The position numbers were made by a program, and so were the translations under genes. 64,000 nucleotides of DNA from Lepidodermella squamata (taxonomy: Eukaryota > Animalia > Gastrotricha), in contig JBLDXI010000019.1 of the NCBI GenBank assembly GCA_047495785.1, positions 1 to 64,000 on the forward strand, given 5' to 3'. This document shows, piece after piece, positions 54,806 to 64,000 of the stretch (position 1 is the stretch's first letter; each line of letters opens with the position of its first letter). The notes under the pieces were generated by a model. The model searched no databases. It was not told the origin of the DNA and was given only the letters and a program-made list of their open reading frames with translations.

Positions 54806-55720
54806 ATGCTGACCCTAATTTTAAGTATTAAATTGAAAGGCTTGTTCTTAACAATAGCCCTGCTAAATGGATGGCTCCATCGAGTTGTTACAAAGAAAGC
54901 CAAGCCTACTCCAATCCCACCTACACCGGCAACCCCAAAACCGCTAACTCTGGCCGCTCATTGGATCCCGCCAGATTACGTATTTATCATGCGTCCTAAT
55001 CGCAAGTTCTACAGGAGACGCAAAGTCAAGGCGGACAACATATGGGAAAAGTTGGGCAAAGGCTGGGTTAGATTCGTTGATTTTCTGCCCATTTCCGAAG
55101 GCAGAAAGTCATTCATGGCGCTTCACGGCGATCCTAGGCACAAATTTCACCGCGGAATCGACTTTATTGAAGGAATAATAACAGAGGATGAAAAACGGTG
55201 GTTTGAGGGCTGGGCGACACCACCATCTACAAAATGGGCAACATACCCGAGACATCTCAAGGTTGATTACCTAAAAAGCATTGAATGGGCCACGCGAAGC
55301 AATGAGGTAGTAGAAAAACCGCCGGAAGAGCTGCCAGCAGAGTCGAGAGCAGATGAGCCGACGTTCACTTGGAAAAAAGCTGGCTGGGTTATCGCCAGCA
55401 TAGTCGCCAATGTGATTATATCAGCCGCAACAGTGGCATTGTTCGTTTTTGTCGTCAACTCGATTCGAGCCAACGATAGGGAGACGAGAATGCAACAGCT
55501 TAATAACGCGAATCACTCTAGATCATCGAACGCTGAGGGACGAATAATCGCTTCGGTATCTGAATTAATTCAAGATTCGGTAAGTCTTCAAAGACTAATG
55601 CAGCATGGCGAAGAGGACTACTTTCCGAGACCTAGTGGAAAATTAGCTTCAAGTGATCGATTCTTCTTACTAAGCCACATGACGGACGATTCAATAAATG
55701 ATTACGATCCCCTTTTTTAG
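54806..55720 (+). CDS. Orphan single-pass membrane protein, family member 1
   Basis: Hydrophobic leader (IALLN), TM AGWVIASIVANVIISAATVALFVFVV and tail AEGR...FP.P...D.FF...S..DY.P. Confidence 0.72.
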   Translation: MLTLILSIKLKGLFLTIALLNGWLHRVVTKKAKPTPIPPTPATPKPLTLAAHWIPPDYVFIMRPNRKFYRRRKVKADNIWEKLGKGWVRFVDFLPISEGRKSFMALHGDPRHKFHRGIDFIEGIITEDEKRWFEGWATPPSTKWATYPRHLKVDYLKSIEWATRSNEVVEKPPEELPAESRADEPTFTWKKAGWVIASIVANVIISAATVALFVFVVNSIRANDRETRMQQLNNANHSRSSNAEGRIIASVSELIQDSVSLQRLMQHGEEDYFPRPSGKLASSDRFFLLSHMTDDSINDYDPLF

Positions 55721-56145
55721 ATTACTACCCTTAAAAAAACGTATCGATAATCGCTTAAACTGCTTGAAAAGTCGGCGAAAACCCTGTTTAATTCATCTTT
55801 CAACCAGCGGTCTAAAAGGTCTCAATCTACATTATTTCATCTCGTATACTGGTGCTTGGTGTGTAACCAAAATCTCGTAGAATACCAAGCCTCAAATCTT
55901 GCATACAAGGTGAATAATCGAAGCAAAAAAAACAAAGTTCAAGTCGTCTATTGCTATCAAAGTTGGGAATAAGCTTATTGCACCCTTGCATTTTGAATTT
56001 CACGCAAAATAGAGAAAAGAGGGATATTATAGGAGAGGAAGAGGTTGTCAAAACCAAAAATTCGTTTCCCAGCAGAATTAAAAAGTCCAGCGTAAAAAAG
56101 AGAGCTTCCTCATTCCTTTCAGTCAGCGCGAATTACCTAGCAGTA

Positions 56146-56973
56146 ATGTCACTTCAACGCCTGGAAAGCTTGCTATGGTCCATTGCTTTGCTTAACCAGG
56201 TGATTTTTCAACCTGTGATAACACAACCCTCCGACGAGGTCAGCAATATTAAAACAGCCTCCGACGAATCAGCGTTAGCGCAGAAGACTCAAGTAGGAAT
56301 TAACAATGAAGCCACGGGGCAATTGCCCGAACACCTTCAAAAACATTTGAATTTCGCCGAAAATGCTGGCGGAACTCAACCAGCTTTAAAGGAGAGGCCA
56401 ATCATACCCTATGGTAAGGAGGCCAATACATTCAAATACACCGGCCAGGAGCCGAAAGGATTTCGCGGAAAAATCAAGATAATTGGGCTCTGGCTGGCTA
56501 AACATTTCTTACCGGGCGGCCTCAAACTGAAAGCGGCGAATTCGATTGACAAGAAAGGGAGGTACCACATGGCCGCCTACTCGGATTCCACTACAGGAAA
56601 GGTGTTATTCTACATCGGTATGTTTGTGGTCACGGTGGTGGTTATTGCTTTGAGTCAGCGCATTTTGGGTGCCTTAGTAACCACCATTAACGACCGAAGA
56701 AAAAACCTTGTGGAACAAGAAGATCGGCTAAACAAACTTATGTTACAACAGTCGGGTAAAGCAGAAGGGCGCGTCGCGCCTTATGAAGTGCTCGATGCTA
56801 TCATCGAAGATAATCAGGTGGATAAATTTGATGATTTCGATCAACTTCTCCAGCTGGAACCAATTTTCCCTCATCCGGACGAAACAACATGCTTGACAGA
56901 TGAATTCTTCAAAGTCGCCAACTTGTCCCAGAAAAGCGTCGAAGATTACTATCCCGCTTTAACCGAGACATGA
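56146..56973 (+). CDS. Orphan single-pass membrane protein, family member 2
   Basis: Leader SIALLNQ, TM VLFYIGMFVVTVVVIAL and the same tail motifs as member 1. Confidence 0.72.
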   Translation: MSLQRLESLLWSIALLNQVIFQPVITQPSDEVSNIKTASDESALAQKTQVGINNEATGQLPEHLQKHLNFAENAGGTQPALKERPIIPYGKEANTFKYTGQEPKGFRGKIKIIGLWLAKHFLPGGLKLKAANSIDKKGRYHMAAYSDSTTGKVLFYIGMFVVTVVVIALSQRILGALVTTINDRRKNLVEQEDRLNKLMLQQSGKAEGRVAPYEVLDAIIEDNQVDKFDDFDQLLQLEPIFPHPDETTCLTDEFFKVANLSQKSVEDYYPALTET

Positions 56974-58026
56974 AGGCTTTCGAAATGAATAAATGGGTAG
57001 TAAAATGTAGAAAGATCCATGCAATTGAATAAAAAGGGATTATGATAATGCGTAATAAGTCCTAAGCCAACGCGCTCTCTACATCGCAGGATTTTCCGAA
57101 AAATTCGCGACTCCGCAGGCAGATTCGCTCGCAGAAAAATCTCTGAATAGTGATAATATCCAGCAGAAAGTTACGCTTATGAAATCGTTCGTGATTAGTA
57201 AAAGGTCACCAGTCATTAAAGTCTGGAGTACCGAGTGTTCGTTCGTATGCGCGATTGCAGCCTGATCATATTTACCGTTATTTGTTTTATTGGAGCCATC
57301 AGTACCTGAAGTTCCTATAGTACCTTCGGGGCGTTTTTATCCCAGTTTAGTACCGCAGCATTAAAGTCCCGCAGCAGGCTTTTTTTCCGCCTGGACGGTT
57401 TTACCAACCATCAGAATTACCGTTGGTAGTCTCCTGTCAACCCCCCTAACTGGTTCACGGCATGTCTTCAATGCCGTGAAGGATTCTGCGATTGGATGCT
57501 TCAGCATCCATCTCCCGCTGACACCGCCAGTGCAGTCGCCAATTTACCAGCTGAATTCTCAAACTTGAGCTAGCTTATTCGAGCGCAATACAGGACCAGA
57601 AACCAGGTTAAACGCGTGTGACATTTTTCGTTTAATCTCAGGGAATTCCTAATCGTTCGCAACTTTTGAAATGCACCGTGAAGATTAAAAGTCTACGCGC
57701 TTACTTAGTGTTATTATCACATTTTCGTCACGTGTCCAAGTTTTCGCACGCGCCTAGGCGTATTCCGAAAACATTTTCGACTGCGGTTCATGCGATATAG
57801 CTGCATGACCTATTTATCAATTTTCTATCACACGCGTCATTAAGAAGTCATTAATACTAGTTCAAATAAAAAAATCGGTCTATTATCTGAGAGAAAATTC
57901 CAATGGAAAACGGTGTTTACCGGTCGTGCTCTCCCACGACATACAGATGCTGTTTTATTTGTTTTGTCCATTATTTAACGGACACAGCCCGCGAGCCATC
58001 TCACATTCGCAAATTTACATTCTAAA

Positions 58027-59673
58027 ATGGTTAACTTTCCACTGACTGTCTTGCTTCTTAGCTTGGCTGTTCAGCACTCATCGGCAGCCACTCGGCAAAT
58101 TATACCCTGGCCTCGTAGAGCCGATCTGCTTGGATTCTGGCCTTTGGATCGTTATTCAGGTTTGAAAGACGTATCCGGTCGTAATGCCAACTGTCAACGT
58201 TCTTGCGGCGGTGTCAGCAACACAGCCTACGCCGGACCGTTTGGTCAGGATGAGACAAGTCACTGGAGAAAAGATGGCACAAACGGCATCTTTGGCATTA
58301 CACTTCAGCCGCAGAATGTCAGCAGCCGCCGATCTATGACTGTGAGCATGTTTGTGAAGGTCCGTTATGTCGATGATGAAAACTTACGCGGCAACTTCAT
58401 TAACCTAACTGATGATAACGGCCAAAGCTATCTGAGCTTGGATTTGAAGGTCGCTTCAGACTTGCACCCTCAGCTGGTAATCAGTGGTCAGAACGGGGAG
58501 ATTGGCACATATGAAGTCTTTCGTGGTAAAGATTGGTCGTTTTTTGCGGTGGTCATTGACAACGACCAGTCTTCTTGCACGGTCGCCGTCCACGGACCAT
58601 GGGGTCCAATGTACGCTGCCACCTACAAGCCTAAATTTTGCGACAATCTTGAAAAAGCCCGGCGACTGGTTGTCGGCTCAGCTTTAACTTCAGATAGATA
58701 TTATCTTGGAACCTCTCTTTCTTGTGTTATGGTTTACGATGCGGCTCTTGCGACGAACGAAGTGCGTGAGGCTTATGAGGCCTGCAGAGCCGCTCATGGT
58801 ACTGTACCCAGTGGAGCTCCTTATATTCCTTACCCGCCAATTCCGCAAGCAACTGCAACTGTTCCGCAAAACGGTCAGTTCCCATGGATAGCAAGGATTG
58901 AAAACAAGAAGGGTTTTAGATGCGCTGGCGTGATCATCGACCCTGTCTTCATTCTGACTTCCGGCAGCTGTGTTTCGGGCGAAGATCTTTTAGGACTGAA
59001 AGTTCTAGCGGGCTTTTACAACTTTACTCTTGGTGCGACCTATCCCGTTTTGGAGTACAATGTGCATCCGCTTTACAATGGCACATTCGCTGATATCGCG
59101 GTTATAAAGCTTAAGGAGTCGATAACCATTGATGGTAACAAATACGTCAATACGGCTTTAATACCAGATTTCAGCATGGTCAAGAGCAACTTTGCGCAAA
59201 ACGAGACGCATTTCTTCTACGGTTGGGGTATCAATGGCCGCGCGCCTACAGTGAGCGTGAACAAGGCGAGATATGCCGCGGGTGCAGTATTTCAAAACGT
59301 GAGTTGCAAGAAAGCTGCGGGCGCGACTTACAGCGAGACTTACAACGCTTGCTTCGAAAGCCGTTTGGAAAAAATGAAGAATGTTCCGTGCGATGGTGAC
59401 GAGGGAAGCCCGGTTATGGTCCCAGCCACAGACATTCTTGAAAACGAACTCTTGAAAACTGTAGGTTTAAATCTACCATCTTATTGTTAAACTGTCAACT
59501 TAATATTCCAATTTGCATAGATCGCTATCGTCTCACGACGTAAGGCTGAGTGTCAAGCTGAAGATCCGGCTGTTCTCACTATAATTAGTCCTTACGTTAA
59601 CTGGATTCGTCAAACGATCGCATGTTATCTGCCTGGGCTAAAGGAACCAGCCACCTGTCCTCAGCCGCATTGA
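58027..59673 (+). CDS. Secreted LamG/ConA-like domain plus catalytically inactive trypsin-like domain; intron 59461-59520
   Basis: Signal peptide; LLGFWPLD...DVSGR and W.FFAVV.D (LamG-like); FPWIARI, CAGVII, ILTSGSC (His lost), DIAVIKL, CDGDEGSP (Ser lost) and ISPYVNWI. Confidence 0.85.
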
Positions 59674-60193
59674 TTACAAAATAAATTAAATGAGAAGAGG
59701 GTTTCCTCTATCTCGGAGACTAATTTCAAATGATTGCAGTCAAGGTCTATAATCTATAATTCTATTCGCTGATCGATCTGCTTGCAAAACTATGATTAAC
59801 TATATAACTCTATCAAATTATCAATGCTGAAATGCAATAAAAACAGTGCAATGCGACCACTGTGACCTCTATATGTTGAAACTGACAAATAGCGCAAGCT
59901 CATTTTATATCATTTATCTATGCATACTTATCATACGTTTATCATACAGGTCGCGCAATCACTTCTTCAATTGCTTTTGTTCGTTAAAAAAAGAAATCGA
60001 CGATAAAGATGTTTGCTTCTCAGTATTGGTACGAATAACGTACATTATTTTTATTCTTTTAGAAGAATATTACATAGGGGTGATTGAGATGGTAATCTAG
60101 CATGACACTTAAGTAATGCATACAGTAGAAAACCGATACAGTCACTACCGCTACAGTGAACGAAATCGCTGGCGCGTGGCTCAAAATAGCTTA

Positions 60194-60284
60194 CCGTAAA
60201 TTCTGAAATACAAGCCCAGGCGGCACTACAAAGAACATCAAAGTGCCGACAAAGACACCTGGGCTTGTATTTGAATATTTACGG
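60194..60284. mobile_element. Small TA-flanked MITE/hairpin (CCGTAAAT termini)
   Basis: ta|ccgtaaat..aaatacaagcccagg ... cctgggcttgtattt..atttacgg|ta. Confidence 0.65.
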
Positions 60285-60499
60285 TAATTTTCGGAATCTG
60301 CTATCGATATATCGTTCTTGCCACCATTCTCTATGCTTGCCGCGCAATATGTGGGATTTCGGGCTAGTGAATGTCATTTATTAGTGACTGCGCGCACGTT
60401 TTGTGTGCTATGTTGTAGCGTCAAGCGAAAAATCAATACTTGCATATTAATGAGGGGCCGTTTATGCGTTTATACAGGCGTGTGTTCGCGGGCGAACTC

Positions 60500-60695
60500 G
60501 CGTTTGAAACTCTGCGGGGATTCCGTGCGCGTTTCATTGATGAGCGAAAGAGAATCGAGAATTTCTTGTTGGCGAACCTCGTTTATATGTTGAGATTGAC
60601 CCAATCTGTGCCCTGCAGCCGTTAAGAGTGGCCGCATTTTCGTCACTGCTACTAGTTGCAAGAAAGTCGTCACTGGAAAATACATCGAAAAGCAC
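60500..60695 (+). pseudogene. Decayed inverted partial copy of AHCY
   Basis: Fragments LRGFRAR, VEIDPICALQ and [20 protein letters not shown] in shifting frames match the NAD-binding region of the neighbouring AHCY. Confidence 0.8.
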
Positions 60696-61045
60696 TCTGC
60701 CATTCATAGTGAACAATGCAGTCGCTTCGCGCAGAGATTATCCTCCGAAACTCATTGATCAGCATAGTCGGCGAATTGCCTGCCTTCGCCCTCTTCAAAA
60801 CCCCTCTTCAAAGACGCTCAGTCTAGAAGAGGCTAAATAAAACTATCATTATTATTTTTTTGCAGTTTCGGCACGTCCCTGCATTTCCAGCTCACCTGAG
60901 ATAGGAAAGGTGATCATCGAGCTGTTGCATCCGTTCATTAAAAACGCGTCAAACGTGAACCACGTAAAAAACCACATGAAAAAACAATCAAACAAAACAA
61001 TGAATTTCCTCAACTTTACTGAAGCCCAGCTGAATGGGGCTGAGT

Positions 61046-62506
61046 TTAATACCTGTAATGCGATGGCTTGAATGGTCCTTCAGAGGGCACGCCTAAATAA
61101 TCGGCTTGGTCATCAGACAAGCGTGTCAGGTTAACATCCAGATGCGGCAAGTGGGCGGCCGCGACTTCTTCGTCGAGCTTCTTCGGCAGGAAGTGAACAC
61201 CGACTGAATATTTCTCCGACTTGGTCCAAAGTTCGATCTGAGCCAGGGCCTGATTGGTGAATGAGCAGCTCATGACGAAGGAAGGATGGCCACGAGCACA
61301 ACCCAAGTTCACCAGACGACCCTCCGCCAACAGAATGACAGAGCGACGTTCGGCATTTTGTACAAATCAACCTGAGGCTTGATAGTGATCTTTTCCTTTG
61401 CGGTTTTGTTCAACCAGCCAACGTCGATTTCGCAATCGAAATGGCCGATGTTGCAAATGATAGCCTTGTCTGGCATTTGTTCGATGTGCTCTCCAGTGAC
61501 AACGTTCATGCAACTGGTGGCAGTGACGAAAATGCGGCCGAGCTTCGCAGCTTCGTCCATCGTGCAGATTTGGTAACCCTCCATGGCAGCCTGTAGGGCG
61601 CAGATCGGATCAACCTCAACAACTATGACCCGAGCACCGAATCCGCGCAGAGCCTGTGCGCAGCCCTTTCCAACGTCGCCGTAGCCGCAAACGACAGCGA
61701 CCTTTCCAGCGATCATGACATCAGTGGCACGCTTTATGCCGTCCAAAAGAGACTCGCGGCAGCCGTAGTGGTTGTCAAACTTGCTTTTCGTCACCGAATC
61801 ATTTACGTTAATAGCCGGGAGTTTGAGAGAACCGTCGGCAACCATCTAAATAATAAATCTCAATTTCATAAAATGTAGATATGTTTCAGAAGACCTTGTA
61901 TAAGCGGTGAGCACCGCAGGTTGTTTCTTCGGAGAGTCCCTTGATGCCAGCAAGCAGGTGAGGATGTTTGTCGTGAACAAAGTTGGTCAGATCCCCTCCG
62001 TCGTCCAGGATCATGTTAAGCGGACCGTCATCGAACATGATGGTTTGCTCTGATAAAATAATTTAATTAAATATTTCATTCAATGGAAGCTTTCACTTGC
62101 CGATGCACCACCAATACTCTTCCTTTGTCTCACCCTTCCAAGCATACACGGGAATACCCTTGGCAGCAATAGCAGCAGCGGCTTCGTCCTATTTGGTTTG
62201 AATACCGTTATAAATAGTACATATCCAGAAATATAAAGCGATAAATACCTGGGTAGAGGACATATTGCAGCTTGACCACTGAACCTTGGCGCCCAATTCG
62301 ATCAAGGTTTCAATGAGGACAGCAGTTTTAACAGTCATGTGCAAAGTACCACAAATGCGCGCCCCAGCAAGAGGCTTAGATGGACCATAAACTTTGCGAA
62401 TCATCATCAAACCGGGCATTTCGTTCTCAGCCAAAGAGATGACTTTGCGACCCAAATCAGCCAAGGAAATATCGGCCACCTTGTACGCGGGATTCTTATC
62501 AGCCAT
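61046..62506 (-). CDS. AHCY: S-adenosylhomocysteine hydrolase with a 1-nt frameshift near 61347; introns 62189-62248, 62050-62100 (GC-AG), 61846-61894
   Basis: [91 protein letters not shown] and GPFKP.HYRY. Confidence 0.93.
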
Positions 62507-63648
62507 AATATAGACTCAAGTTGAGACCAATTTAATTCAATCGAAGTCTAGAAAAGTGGATAATCATGCAATGCTTACAGAAAGCACAAGACCCTTCAAT
62601 ATCAAGTTTAGTATGCTTAGACTGATCGACTGCAATATTTCGTTTATTAGAAGCGCATAGGGGAAGGTCTTCTCGGAGCAAGAACCTTTTTGCAACCGCT
62701 AGCCCCTGGCGACGCAGAAAAGACAGTCGAGCTTGGTGTTTTGACCTTGGATTTCTATTCAATGCGCCTTCGCTGGAACGTCACCATCAGCGAAGTGCAA
62801 CAGTGAAATCAACGGCGATCTCGTGACCTTAAATATACATTTGTATATACATTTGTATCGGCGTCGGCGCGTCAAAAAATACACTCGCGCTTTTACCCGG
62901 CGTGGTCTGCTGTAGAGGTTATTTACATAAAAGTAAGCAGCGCTGCAAAAATTTCTGTAGCCCGGTAATCTGTTACAGGAAGGCTCGAGGTGGAAGACAA
63001 ATTAGCATTAAAGTAACATGAACGTGTGCTTTCGACAATAAATTTAAACTAGGATACTAGAGCTGAAAGTAGTGCACTCAATGCTTATATTATGAAAGCA
63101 GAGCGCTAATTCTATATTATATTGAGCGCAATGTTCGCACCGTTAACTAGAACGATCGAAATGAACTAGTTTTATTTTACGTCATTTAGGTGTATGTGAT
63201 AGTATTTGGTTTCAAAGTGAAAACAGACGGCCTCGCTCTTGAGCAACAAAGTCATTGATTCATTTCAAGTCCTTTCAGCCTGAGCAAGCATGTTTTACGA
63301 TCACGAAGTACCAATGCCCAGCTGAGATAGAGGAGGGAGGATAGACCAGTCTTTTGTTTCTCCCATGCACCGTGGGAAAGGTCCAAGCTGCCAATCTCAA
63401 TCTCGCGATCCACCGTAGTAGAGCTTCGGCCAAAGGCAGTTCAAGTATGTTGTAATGCTGTAAAGCGTAAAGCCCGGCCAAGCCACAATCACACATACAC
63501 CATAGAGGGCTGCCACGCCAACATCATGCCGAACTCGAACAAGCTTCTCCCCTTACTTTTTAAAACATACTTTTAAAAACTCCTGCTTAATTTGCAATCT
63601 CGATTAAAATGGGCAAATAATCCAATAGAGATGAGAGAGTAGCGAACG

Positions 63649-64000
63649 ATGGTATTCACCCCTATCGTCAAATCGAGAAGTATAGTTCTATCGTTGGCCT
63701 TGCTCAATCAACTACTACATCGAATAGAAGCGAAAAAAAGCAAAAAGCCGACTGCTCCGGCCAACAATGTGGACAGCCAACTTCCACCGACAACACCAAG
63801 ACAGCTGACTTGGTTGGAGCAAGCCTATGTAATGGAACCGTATATACATTACAAGCACCCGAGGGGACTGATGTTTATAAGAAGACGCGGGGTCAAAGCG
63901 AAAACTATTAGCGAGAAGATATCAAAGTTTCTTGTTAGAGTCATCGACTTATCACCATTCAACCAGGATTTAAAGTCCGAAATGGCAGCGTATCGCGATA
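63649..64000 (+). CDS. Orphan single-pass protein family member 3 (runs off the window end; not in the ORF track)
   Basis: MVFTPIVKSRSIVLSLALLNQLLHRIEAKKSKKP...RRRGVKAKTISEKISKFLVRVIDLSP aligns with member 1 IALLNGWLHRVVTKKAKP...RRRKVKADNIWEKLGKGWVRFVDFLP. Confidence 0.72.
   Translation, partial: MVFTPIVKSRSIVLSLALLNQLLHRIEAKKSKKPTAPANNVDSQLPPTTPRQLTWLEQAYVMEPYIHYKHPRGLMFIRRRGVKAKTISEKISKFLVRVIDLSPFNQDLKSEMAAYRD

Overview
This is eukaryotic nuclear DNA, most likely from an invertebrate animal, with very short (about 47-65 nt) spliceosomal introns. The first ~16 kb is an apparently intact, intron-rich Polinton/Maverick (adintovirus-like) endogenous DNA virus; the window opens inside its polymerase. 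Its core genes are protein-primed PolB, a packaging ATPase, an adenain-type protease, major and minor capsid proteins, basic core proteins and an rve-chromodomain integrase. It also carries an unusual accessory set: a RING E3 ligase, five tandem UBL3/MUB-like ubiquitin folds, an MPPED-type phosphoesterase, a CDK-like kinase, a TBP-family factor, an apparently inactive SF2 helicase domain and possibly an ankyrin protein. Removing 15 hand-placed GT-AG introns restores the reading frames and catalytic motifs. Plus-strand accessory ORFs are each preceded by a splice acceptor, whereas minus-strand virion genes carry TATWTAAA boxes. The rest is host DNA: two BTBD9-like genes, a HAD phosphatase, a tandem cluster of intronless divergent Cys-loop channels with an interleaved micro-ORF family, duplicated 4-TM genes, a 7SL/tRNA-Glu/tRNA-Thr cluster, orphan membrane proteins, a LamG plus inactive-trypsin protein, a frameshifted AHCY with an inverted relic, and several MITE, SINE and LINE insertions. 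All calls come from reading the sequence; no searches were run, and the Polinton's terminal repeat could not be located.
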